Source of the DNA: Anolis carolinensis
Taxonomy: Eukaryota
Direction: 5' to 3'
DNA: 64,000 bases
NCBI RefSeq assembly: GCF_035594765.1
Contig: NC_085842.1
Location: 301,739,749 to 301,803,748, forward strand
Shown: piece after piece, positions 50,969-62,948 of the stretch
Position numbering within the stretch: the stretch's first letter is position 1
How the letters are laid out: every line of letters starts with the position of its first letter
Position numbers and translations under genes: made by a program
The notes under the pieces: generated by a model
The model's input: only the letters and a program-made list of their open reading frames with translations
What the model was told of the DNA's origin: nothing
Database searches by the model: none

Positions 50969-51200
50969 GATTATTTATTTATTTATTTATTTATTAACGC
51001 CATTTCTATCCTGCCTTTCTCACCCAAAGGGACTCAAGGTGGCTTACAGACCTAGCAAAAATTCAATGCCAGTAAAACAACAATACAATCCATTAAAACA
51101 TAAAGCAATTAAAAACAATTTACATTAAGCATTAAAACACATGAGACAGTATACAAAATTTAAAACATATCAAATGCTTACATCCATTCGTCCAAACACC
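50969..51200 (-). mobile_element. L2 (or L2-tailed SINE) 3' remnant
   Basis: (ttta)n + cctgcctttctc..gggactcaaggtggcttaca..aaattcaatgcc. Confidence 0.65.
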
Positions 51201-51638
51201 TTGATCATTAGGGAAGGGGAAACAAAGCAAACTATCATGCTTCAGAGTGTTTTAAGATACATCTCATGATTTGAGAGTGTAAATTGATTGAAACTTATAT
51301 TCAGAGTGCAAACCATTCCTGGTTGCATTGGAGGCAAAAGTTTGAGGGATACAAATGGCCCATTTGAAGCATATTCATCACCACCAATTTAAAACAATGG
51401 TGAAGAAATATTTTTCATGCTGAAAGCCTACTTAAATTTTGGAGAACTTCTTGAGGGCTGTATTCCAGTGGTGGGTAAAGCCAAAGGCAGAACAAAAAGG
51501 ATTCTGCTTGTTTTTCTTTGAAGCACTTAGTGCTAGCAACTGAGATTTTGGAGAGTGCCTTTCAGTCTTCCAGAGTGGCAGGTGAAGAGCAGGAAAGTTC
51601 ATGAAATTCTGGGAACTAGAAAGAGATGATATCATGTG

Positions 51639-52644
51639 TAGGGGTGTACATGGTGCCGTTTTACAAAATGGGATCCAGAAAATCCGGCAGATGTGGTAAC
51701 CAAATCTTTGGAAACGGGGCGGGCAATGGGGCTGGAATAGACTCTGCTGAAATGAACCATGTGGTGGCCGAAATCAGCTGCTTTCGGTTGTGCCATAGCA
51801 GGAGCCACACATGTGTGAGGTTTATCTCCCTTAGCCTTGTATGAGCCAATCAGAGCAAGAGAGCAGATCATGTGTCTTTTTGCCAAGCTAGTCTATATAT
51901 ACCAGGGCAAGCTCCTCCATTTTCCTGTGGTGTCCTGGTGTTTGAGATAAGATTGTGTACTAGCTAGCTCTGCATTCTATCTCAGTGCCATTGCTGCTTA
52001 GGACTGCTTTTGGACTCAATTCCAATCTTTTCCTTTGGCAATTTTATTACATTTTTAGTTTAATATCTTTCAGTCCTTTAAAAAAAATTTTTGCTAGGGA
52101 AGTGGGCATGCGTATGGAGGGGGCTGTGAAATGGCATTTTGGGAGGTGTTTGTTTAAATATTTTTTACCTTTGTGTGGGGGTGGTTTATGGAAGGGAAGA
52201 GATGGCCTGACTCCCTTGAGAGCCCACAGAGAGAATGCTAGTATTTCAATTTCAACCCCACCCCAGCCCTATCTATCTTTTTGCTTCTGTCCTCTGAACC
52301 TTCCTTCCCGCCAAAAAACCTTTAAGAATTTCCTAAAAATCAGTGGACGACCCAAGTGTTCTGAAACTTGGGGACTTGCAGTCGTAAATGTGTCCTCCAA
52401 GTGTGGCTATTTTCATCCTGATAGCCCTAAAAATGATGGAAAGGGGAGCCTCAGAAGTTCTCCCATTAATCGCCTATTGCCATCAATGGGCTGGATCTTC
52501 CCGAAGCAAAAATGGAACTTCCAGCTGCCATATAGAGAAATGGGATTTTCCCCATCCCGAATTTGAAAAAAAAACCCAGAATGGGGACAGCCAAAAATCG
52601 GGCACAGAAAATGGCATGGGGTTTTCCCAAATTATACACCCCTA
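51639..52644. mobile_element. ~1-kb non-autonomous hAT-like element with TAGGGGTGTA termini
   Basis: taggggtgtaca / tatacaccccta; repeated aaatggg/aaatgg subterminal motifs; no clear TSD. Confidence 0.6.
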
Positions 52645-52713
52645 GTTTCGTATAGTAGGGGGACATGGAAACCATAACAGCCAATATCAGGTCCAACGTT
52701 TGAGATTTCATCC

Positions 52714-52770
52714 ATTACTACTACTACTACTACTACTACTACTAATAATAATAATAATAATAATAATAAT
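52714..52770. repeat. (tac)n(taa)n microsatellite
   Basis: Seen directly. Confidence 0.95.
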
Positions 52771-54132
52771 TTATCTACCTCTCCTTTGCCTGACCCCATC
52801 TCCTTTTTCTTTGAATCAGATATCTCCAACATGGCTTGCAACTCCCTTCTTTATTGGTGTGTATGTCATGCCTCCCAATAATTTAAGAAAATCTACACTG
52901 TATCCCACTGGATCACGCTGAATCACAGTTTTCAAGGCAGGAACTCCTGACTCATCAATAACAACTATTATTTACTGGCTGGTGCCATAAAAGCTTGGGC
53001 TTCTGAAGAGTAAATTCAAAGCATACAACAAATAGTCTCTGTTTTCAATAGTGATCTTAGTCATATTCTGTGAATAGTTGATTCAAGGAACTTGGCAATG
53101 TTTCAGAACTAAACTTTCAAAGAAATGTGTGATTCAGAACTACTGCAAAAATGGGAAAGTTACAGCTAGGTGAGCATTTTGCTTTTTTGTGATTTGCATT
53201 TACTGTACGCTTAGAACTTCTGGAAGCACAGTAGGAGTTGAGGAGATATGAAGACTCTGAGGAGGAAAGAAGTAAATGTGTAGGAGAAGGTCAATGGTTT
53301 TGACTATCAGAAACAAGATCTGTGGGAATGTGTTTATTAGGCCAACCAAAAGTCATAAAAATACAATGCTAGTTTTCAAAACTTCATAAGGTTGTTCATC
53401 AGCAAAAACACACACATAGTATTTATGAAGTTCTTATATGTAATCTTTTGTGGCAGGGAGAGCACTCCAAATAAGTTGCTCCTTCTCTGGACATTGAACA
53501 GGGCCACACTTATCTCTCTCACATCTTTGGCACCACTCTGAGTATACAGCTTCACAGTTCTGAGTCCAAAGGCCACCCGAAAACTTAAATAAAGTCATGT
53601 TTGTAAATGATGAATAACTTTTCTTACACTGGGAAGAATAGATTTTGGTTCCAACTGAGAACATTTGCTATCAGGATTCAATCCCAGTGTGATCCACCGA
53701 CCTTATGCCATCCAGCTGACTGCATCTATAGGTACATAAGCACACACTATTTGTACAGTTTGGAACTTTTCTTTTTTAAAACTATAACTCCCAGAGTTCT
53801 TTGGCCAGTATGGCCAGTGGGAGTTTATGGGAAATGCAGTCCAAAAAAGTCAGAATTTAGAAATCGTATCTATGCATGTATGTAGTCTCTGCTAGGGACA
53901 AAGTAATCTGATAATTTTATCATCCACTTCTGAATGTTAAAGCTTCAAGATCTTTTCATTCCAAATATGAAGATTTGAATATTTTGGTAAATTCGTTCTT
54001 TAAAAAAGCAAACAATATTGTCACTGCATTTGCACCAGCTACGTAGGTATAGCTATTCTTAGCATGTTGCAGACCATGTTATATATGCATGCCATGTGAG
54101 TATAAAACATGAAGGGTATCTCTCTCTTCTTT

Positions 54133-54164
<32 letters not shown>

Positions 54165-54374
54165 CCCATCACTGAATAGATAAGAATTTAGACTATTAGG
54201 AATTAGCCAAGTCCTGTGCCTTAAGAGAACCATCAGTCTGTTTCAGTTTTGCAGGTTACATCCTTTCTAACCCAAATATGAATAAATGTACACATTTGGT
54301 TGAAATATATGAAAACAAAATGAAATGAGGAGGGAATAAGCTTGTTTTCAGCTGTTTCAGAAATTGACACAGAG

Positions 54375-54823
54375 CAGTGGTTTCCAACTTTTTGTTGACC
54401 AGGGCCCACTTGACCGGGGACCACTTTGACCAGCGACCACTCTCCAACATTAGTACCAAAAAGGTTATGAATACATTTTTGATCAACTTTAGATTTAGTT
54501 TGGTTATTAGGGGTACTGATTCAGAAAATTGCATTGGCTAGACCGCATCAGTTCTAGTTTCTGATACAGAACATATGCAATCCAGTAGTTGCCATCTGCT
54601 TGCCCAAAGAAAGCCATATTTAATAATCTAGAGCTGATGTGGTCTATCCAATGCAATTTCCTGAATCAGCACCCCAAATAACTCCAGGAACAGGCCTAAA
54701 AATGAAGCCCTGCTGAAAGGAGAAGAAAATAAATAAATAAATAAATAGGCAGGAGGTTTGTGGACCAGATTTTTGCTCTTGTGGCCCACGGCTGGGCCGT
54801 GGCCCCTGGGTTGGGAATCACTG
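54375..54823. mobile_element. hAT MITE with an internal inverted repeat
   Basis: TIR cagtggtttccaac / gttgggaatcactg; TSD acacagag/acaaagag; internal arms ~54510-54557 and ~54628-54675. Confidence 0.87.
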
Positions 54824-54825
54824 AC

Positions 54826-54895
54826 AAAGAGCAATGGATTAAAACTACAGGGAAAGAGATTCCACCTAAACATTAATAAAATCTTTCTGGCAGTA
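54826..54895 (+). mobile_element. CR1 ORF2 3' fragment
   Basis: agagcaatggattaaaactacagggaaagagattccacctaaacatta (RSNGLKLQGKRFHLNI). Confidence 0.7.
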
Positions 54896-56081
54896 AATTC
54901 TTATCCAATTCAATTCTTTGCTCATTTGCTATAGGTTTTGACAGCGGTGGCTGCCATATCAAAATTGTGGGTGCTGTAATCCAAAATTATAACTTTTTGA
55001 AGATCTAACTATTGATGCAACTGTAGCTAGCCCTTGTGGCAACAGATTCTCTTTGGAGAGGGTTTTCCCCACATAAAGAGCAAATGTAATTCAGATATTT
55101 TATTGCTCATTGATTGCACATTCTCACATGACTTTTTACTTGAGCAATGAAAGAAATCGATACATAGCTTTTAAGGTCCTGGATTAAGCCCTGTATAAAC
55201 ACCTTATATCAGAAAGAAGGCTTTTAATGTTTACCACAATTGCTGGTAGCATTATTGAAGTAAATCTTTTTTTGTGATTTTTTTTTCATATGGATCATTT
55301 AGTGGGCCAATACTGAGTCTGAGACAATGTCATCTTTATAGCAGACATTGTCCAATTATTTATTCCTGCCAGAAGAAATCACAACTGAGTTAGCTTATAG
55401 GAGGAACCAATGTACTTTCATGGTAGTGTGTGTGTTTTTATACAAAGAGCTACAGTAGATTTATTCCACACCCCTGCATCAGTTTACATATAATATGACT
55501 GCAGATTGTGCCTATGAGCAATTGCCAAAAAGTGTAGACAAAACTGGGCTAGATGGAGAAGCATTTTAACATTTGACAAGACAGTTTGACACTGGCCCCA
55601 CCTGCAGGCAGAATGAAGCCGTTATTTATGTAACAGATGCTGTGAGGTGGGGAGCCTTGGCAAGATTCTACCGATGTTGTGTGGCCTGTTGATGCCTCAT
55701 GGACTTCTTCATACCCCCCTCTGCAAGTCTTCTGAATTCTCAATCAGTAGTAGTTTTCAAACTAGCTTCAGTCCTATGGCTGAACTATAACACGAGAACA
55801 CAGACCTTAGTCATCAATCTCACTTCACTGTAAGAAGTATGCTTTGACCACTCCTTTCCTCCAAATGTCACATTCGTCACTTGCTAAAATTTTGTCAACT
55901 TTTAATAACTTAATCCAATGTTTTAACTGAGTCACGTTTAGTCAATATTTCTTCTGCTTCAGCTGTATTGTTTTTGTCTGAGAGGCATCTAATGACTTTA
56001 TTCCACTGGTGGGAGGGAAGGCGGGGGGGATTGGAGATATTTGGAGGAAAGCATCCTGAAGAGTAGGGTCCCATTTGACCT

Positions 56082-56260
56082 TTTTCATTAAGAACTGGAT
56101 TAAAGGCATTAGAGTTAAGATACCACTCTTTCTGTTATCCCAAGTCTTTATATCTTTCATTAAGAACTGAATTAAAAGTATCACAGTTAAGATACCACTC
56201 TCTCTGTGATTGTTTGATCTTATATCATTCATTAAGACCTGGATTAAAAGCATCAGAGTT
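56082..56260. repeat. 72-bp tandem repeat, about 2.5 copies
   Basis: cattaaga at 56086, 56158, 56230; gttaagataccactct repeated. Confidence 0.9.
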
Positions 56261-58069
56261 AGGTTCCAAGGGAAACCTCATGCAAAGAGCACATGGAGCT
56301 CCTAAAAAGCAGAGGAGAAGCCAAGATTGGCTCCTGCTTGCTTTTGTGTCAGGCGGGTTTTTGTACTGGGAGGGCTCTTACCGTTACGTGCTCACAAAGG
56401 TACTGAAGATACCAAAGGTGCCAAAAGAAAACAGATCCATGAACAACACAAGTTGCTGCTGTTTGATCCATAACCTTCATGTAATATCATACATGATGTC
56501 TACAGGTCTCTTGAGCTTCAAAGCCAGTTTACTCTTTGGATGTTGGAGAAACAAATTCGAGAGGCAACCAGAGCTAGTTGTGCCATTCTTTTAATCCTAA
56601 TTTTAAATTTCTAAAATGAGTCAGAGATACTTGTCACCAGATAGTGTCCTAGTTATATGCATGGTGTTCAGATAGGTGATACAACATGCAAAGCCAATAT
56701 AAAAATTCCCATAGTTCATATGATTACATTGTTATAGTTATTAAACTTGCCAAAGATGCCAACAATGCTTTGAGGTCTCTACACTCTTCATCAGCCAAGT
56801 GATTACAAAAAAGCTAGTTGGGGTCACTGGGTGAAAGGAAACAAAACCCGCTGAGTACATTTTTTTTGTTATGGTGTTGAAGGTACAGGGATTTTCAGAT
56901 ATTTAAATGTGGATCCAGCAGATGATATGATATTTTTAGATTTCACCTGCAATGACCTCTAGGAACACTAGGTGCAAGAAAGGCAAATAACATTTTGGAA
57001 AATATAAAACCCACTGAAAGCTCAGGATTGCCTCCATCCCAGACAGACTACAATGGCTTCTTTGTTGGGTAAATGATATTCTATGGAAGTCATATTTCTG
57101 TGTGGGTTGCATCTATTTCTACAGGAATGCATTACATTACTGATCCTGGAAGCACAAAATTGAATATGATACGCCATTACATTCTTTAGCTCTGATCACA
57201 ACCCTTGATTCAGAATGGAACCAAGGCAATAGCATGCAAATATTATTTCATCATCATTTCAAAACCACAGCACTAGGGAATAGCTGTTAATAATTATTAT
57301 ACGTCAGCAGATACAAATTCTTAGGGCATAATTCAGTATATTCTCTTTTTAAATTGTAATGCTTCTAAAAATGGCTGGGAAATCATTTGTTCAAATGAAG
57401 CACCTCCTTGTTATCTTCTTCCTAGATGTGAACAACTTGCACAAGTTTGGACACTAAATTAGAACCCAACTACTTAAGTTTTAAAGAATTCCATGGGAAA
57501 ACCCTTTCAAACAGGAAACTATTGTTGTTGTTGTTTCTCATTCTGAGCTACTCTAGTCCCCATGCAACAACTGTATCACTTAGGAAAGGATAAAACACTG
57601 AGAGTGAGTACATTAACTCTGTGTGATTAAAATGGACAAGAAGATACTGACTGCTAAACCAGTGCAAAATCACCAGACAAGATATTAATAAAGGACTGAA
57701 ACAGACATTGTTTTAATTATTCTTCATGTCTTCTTTTCTGGTGTTCCAGATATTATTTTCTACAAATATGACTGGTGAGCAGTCTTCTATGTTTTCTTCC
57801 ATGAAAACAAACAATTTGATAGGATGTGACTCAACTGTACAGCTGTTTTGTGGTGGTGCAGAGCAATTTGTGTTTGAGATAGAGTGTCCTGATAATTGCT
57901 TCCCCACACTAATGCTTCAGTCTTGGCTGATTAGTTTTTTAAAGAATGTATGAACAACTTTTAATCAAGAAAAAACCCACCAAGTTATGTCAAACTATCC
58001 CTCCTCAGGACTATGCATTCAGTTCATATAAATAGATAGAATAGCTACTCCACAGTGTCAATTTCCTAC

Positions 58070-58430
58070 TTCTTGTTGACTACTATCAAGTTAACTTTGA
58101 CCTATGAATGAGAGACCTCTAAGTCATCATAGCATCAACAGCCTTGCTCAGGCCTTGCAGACTTAGGATTATGGCTTCCTTGATTGAGTCTATTAATTTA
58201 ATGTGGTTTTCCTCTTTTTGTTTCTTATTGCTTTCCATCTTAACAAGTATGATTATATTTTTGAGTGAGTCATTCTTCTTATGATATGGCCATAGTATGG
58301 CAATCTCAGTTTAATCATGTTGGCTTCTAGGGAAATTTCAGAATTGATTTTTCTCTAGGACCCATGGATTTGTCTTTTCAAAGCAATTCATGGTAACCAT
58401 AGAGCTCTTATCCAACATCACATTTCATAC
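58070..58430 (-). mobile_element. Old BovB-like 3' fragment
   Basis: atggcttccttgattgagtc, gatttgtcttttc, tccaacatcacatttca; reverse-strand counterpart of 44660. Confidence 0.55.
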
Positions 58431-58864
58431 TCTCAGTTGCTATTTAAGTCAACAATACATACAAATCTCAGCAGATCTCGGAAAGGTTAGTTTTTGAGAT
58501 TGCAATATCTAAATCCCCCAACTAACTGCTTCTCTCCACCAAGCTGAAGCCTCGGTGAGGCTTTTGCAGATCCAAATTAGTATCATTTTGGTACTTCTCA
58601 AATACCATTGCATGTGACATTGGAAATCACAAACCAGTGTAAACAGTCATGGGAATCTATCTTCTTAGTGCCTAAAGGTACTGGTGGTGGCATTTAAATC
58701 CTTAAATGGGCTTGGATCTTAATATGTGAAATAATTATATCCCAGTTTGAGCACTAAGACAGGAAGGGAGGTCCACCTCTATGTTCAACCAGTGGGAATA
58801 ATGCACAATGAACATGGAAGAGAAGTGATATATGATGGCATCACAACTATAAAATGTTCTCCAC

Positions 58865-59200
58865 ATGAAGACCTGCTATAGCTTCAGTGGGGAAGAAGAC
58901 CAGACAAGCACCGCTCCATTGTGACTAAGGCCAAGAACTGACAGAAGGCCCTCCTCCATTGACTTGACCTCAGAGGGAGAGAGAAAAAGGCAGCCATGGC
59001 TCCATCATGACCATGTCCAGAAGCAGATGAAAAGCCCTCCACTTCGATTGCCTCTGCCTTGGCCTCATATGAAGAGACAGGCACAATTCTACCATGATGA
59101 GGCTCAGAAACAAATGAAAAATTCTCTGAAGATGCCAGCCACAGATGCAGATGAAACATCAGGAGAAAATGCTGCTAGAACACAGCCATACGGTTCAGAA
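58865..59200 (+). mobile_element. Penelope-like 3'/pseudo-LTR fragment with a hammerhead-like motif
   Basis: ttct-CTGAAGA(59126-32)-tgccagccacagatgcagat-GAAA-c-ATC-aggagaaaatgctgctagaaca..gccatac aligns with the fold-back arms; upstream boundary uncertain. Confidence 0.6.
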
Positions 59201-61653
59201 AATCTCTCTCCTCAAACCCAACTGCCACTGTCCTTGCAGAGGAAGGAGAGAAGAGGCAAGTAGAATTCCACTATGGTTAAGCTCAACAACTGATAAAAGG
59301 ACTTCCCGACAACCCAGCTGCCAGTTCTAGCCTTGGAGTGAGAGTTCATCAGCCAGTATCTGCTGGACATAAACCTTGCCATTAACGCCATCTCCTTTTC
59401 TTTATCTGTTATGTCTGTTTTAGATTGTAAGCCTGAGGTAGGTAACTGTCAAATTCACAATTCTCAGCCACACTATACAATATAAATAAATGAAGAAGAA
59501 GAGATGGAGGTTGCTAGTTCAGGATTATCCCAGACCTTGACATTTCCAAGCCAAAAACTGAGATAGAGATGGCTTCTGATGATGTCATTAAGCATATGCA
59601 GTAAATATTCATCACAGTTGCTCCCCATTTGTAATTCAAATATACACCCACGCTCACCCAGAGAACATACTTTCTTCTTTAGAAATTAAGATAGAAATCT
59701 CAACTAAAGGGGCTGCTCTCAGAAGTGAAATGTGGGGATTATCCTTTTCATTAACTCAGGGAGATCGATAAGGAACTTGTAACCTAGCGCCCTTGTTTCC
59801 AGCTGGAAGATGGATGCAATATCGAGGGTGAGCCCTAAGGCTGTTCCACTATTAGGGAAGAAGCTAACCAAGTAAATGCATATCCATCTGGAGAGTCTTT
59901 GCAAGTTACATCAAAAAATCACTTGAGTCTTAGAAACTGTAGAAAGCTACTACTGTGCACTAGCTAAATTGGAGAAATGCACGATGCTTGGTGGAAAAGA
60001 CTGCCCCTCCCAAAATATCTGGGGAATTTGCATTCTTGCTTCCAACTTGGAGATGTCTCATAGAAACTGAAAATCTGAGATCTGGCAATCCTATAGACAC
60101 ATTGGGGTGAGGAGGTAATATTGGGGAGGCATGAGTGGGTTAGATAGTAATTCTTTTATTATATTAAAAAGTAATAAAACCTTTTTAAAGGGTAAGAGGA
60201 GATGGCACATTGATACACTCACTTAAACCATTATGTGCTGCAGCTTGGAATTTATCATTAGGGGCCTCTGCTTTCCCTGATGGCTATGTTATCTGTTCGA
60301 AAAGTGAGCAAATTGGTTCATTCATGTTTTTTCAATAACACATATGCAATGTCTAAAAGTGTAGACGTGATACACTAATTTATTTAAAAACTCCTTTTGA
60401 AGAATTGAGGGCTGTGGCTTGTTTTGGAAGGTATTTGCCCTCTCTGGAGGCTTTCCAAGAATACAATTATTTTCATTTTGAAACCCCTTGTTTTTGACTG
60501 CAATATTTGGGCAAAAGGCATGTCCAGAGGATATGAAAGCATGTGGAAATACACACACTCCACTTAATTGCACAGTGGGATTACCAGTGGGAAAGGAATG
60601 AGGTCCAAGAGGACGTTAGCTTAACTGGAAGCTCTTCCATATGACACACTATGATTCAACTTGGACTGTTGTGGCTGTGTTCCTATGGAAACCCAAGCTT
60701 TGTAGTTGGGAAGGCCCTAGAACTCTTTAACCGATAATTCAAAATTTCTCTCTCTAAACCGCAGATCCCAGCAGTCATTGGGATATAAACATAGCAACTA
60801 AATTGGAGTAATAGTGCTACACTTGTGTCCTCTAAAAGGGCTCTAGTTAGTTATACATTTCTGATTATCATTCTTGGCTGACTCTAATTTTGAAGTAGCC
60901 AGTTGCAACATTTAACAGTTTAATTTTTCCCTTTTTGTCTTTTCTTATGACAAAGACCACCAGGAACTTTGTGTGATACTGGCTTCCATGTGTCACGTTG
61001 GTAGGCACTGATAAATGACTCATCATTTTGTTATGGAAAAGAAAAAAGAAGTCCACACATTTCCTGAAAACTAAAGGGTTGCATTAGTTGTTCTGCATAC
61101 TTTCACCATATTTAGGAAATTTGTGATAGGCACCTCAGAAATTTGAGACCACCGGAATGATCTGAAATCTCACTCATGTGCCTTGCCATGTTTTCTGCTG
61201 TCTTCCAGCTATGCAGTGACATACTCTCTGTGTTCATCTCTTAAAAGTTTATCATCTGATCATTCCTCACAATGAGTTTCTTCCCATCATCTAGGTCAGT
61301 TGCTATTAATTCATCTCTTCTGATGTGGGAGTCTAGGACATTTAATTCAACCGGGAAGTGTCTTATTAACTTTATTTCATTCAAAGTGTGTTTTCTCTGG
61401 CATGCTGTCCATGTTTTCTGTTCCTACTCATAGCAACAAATCAGCTGAAAGAATGCATATCTGTCTTTACTTTGTCCGTACAATTCTATTCTTGTGCTGA
61501 ATTACTTTTGTTAGAGATAGTTGACTATTTGCTCATAGTCTTAGTTTACCACCTGCTATTGTGTTTGCTATGTTTGTGTATTGGGATGTATTATACACAA
61601 GAACAACAAAGAAATCAGAAACCCCTCATCTTGCTGATAGTGGTGCTCTCTTG

Positions 61654-62018
61654 GGATGTCATCACATGGAGGCCCTTGATGTGGGAGACAGTGGGGAGAT
61701 CTGTGTGGCAGCTGAGCAACTCATGGGGCAGTGGGACAAATCAGTCACCCAGCACCCTGCATGGCCCACATCACTTGCACATCATACAGCAGAAAACATA
61801 CCTTTCCAGCATGCTCCAGCACTGTCCCCAGATTTTCTGTCTGAACACAAAGAGTCTCCCATGTTCAGAATTCCCCATCATAGAACACTTCACCGATGCA
61901 GCTGGCACAGAGCCCTGCTGGAAGGAGCTTTACATCATGTGATGAGATTTGGTGGGCTTTATGCCAGCTGCATGGGTGAAGTGTTCTATGACTGAATTTT
62001 CCCCATGTGATGAGATCC
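61654..62018. mobile_element. PIF/Harbinger-like non-autonomous element with an internal hairpin
   Basis: TIR ggatgtcatcacatgg / ccatgtgatgagatcc; 3-bp flanking repeat ttg; internal arms 61878-61915 and 61954-61991. Confidence 0.65.
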
Positions 62019-62765
62019 TTGAATGAATCCCCAAAAGGCACTTCTTCCAATTTTGTCCTCTGTGTGTAGTTTTCCCATTTTCAGCATAATACAAAGAAAT
62101 TCAATTAGGATTTTATTTAAAATTAAAATTTAATTTTTTTAAAAAATGCATTGAATAACTTAATTACTCTGTCTTATTCCAAACAGATTTCCCGTGAATT
62201 ATGGGGTGTAAAAATGCCCCATGTTTACAAGATTGGTTTGTGCGTGCAGAATTGATATTTCACAATATTTAAACATCCAGAGCCAGAAACCACATGTTAA
62301 TATAAATTGGATTGGGGGGGGGGGACCTGTCACCCTTGTCCCATTTTTAGCAAAAATTGTATCCTACACAATTTCACAATAAATATTACAAGTTTGTTTG
62401 TTTTCAAAATAATTCATGACAGCTGGGTAAACCCCAGGGTTGTCACTTTTGTTTCCACTGGGTATTTCCAACTGATTGATTTGTTAGCTCTGTTTTAGTT
62501 GGGTGTACCAATATGATTTAACCCACATCATCCTTGGATGGCATTACATGAAATTGTCTACCGTACATATATGGCAGACCATACTGCAACATTAGAAGAC
62601 TGAAAGATCTACTTTTCATGGTTGAGGCTTAATTGCAGAATGATTGTGGAAAACACATGGTTTCTTTGCAAATGAAGCAACTATGAAGGTGAACTCATTA
62701 CTGAAAGGTGGTGGTCATGATTTTCCTGTACCTTATGCTGAAATACAAAATATCATAAAAATATA

Positions 62766-62948
62766 AGGTCCCACCTGATCTTGAAAGCTAAGCAAGATCA
62801 GCCTTGGTTAGAACATAGATGGGAGATTGCCAATGAATATTAGGTGTCGTGTGCTATATTTCAGCAGAAAAACTGGCAAGACCTCCTTTGTGTAATCCTA
62901 TTAAATTCATGGGGTCACCATAAGTCAACAACGCATGTACACACACAC
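62766..62948 (+). mobile_element. 5S rRNA-derived SINE (5S-Sauria-like), decayed
   Basis: ctgatcttgaaagctaagcaagatcagccttggttagaacatagatgggaga matches 5S box A/IE/C; BovB-like tail catggggtcaccataagtc. Confidence 0.75.

Noticed and set aside
51985-52566. 193-aa ORF
   Set aside because: Lies inside a non-autonomous element, non-ATG start, no transposase or other motif recognised
56082-56260. CRISPR-like array
   Set aside because: Eukaryotic context, head-to-tail tandem units with no unique spacers and no cas genes
61388-61995. 184-aa and 144-aa overlapping ORFs
   Set aside because: Non-ATG starts, they run into a TIR element, and no homology is recognised
62766-62860. 5S rRNA gene
   Set aside because: Diverged, 5' part missing and fused to a retroposon-type tail, so called a SINE
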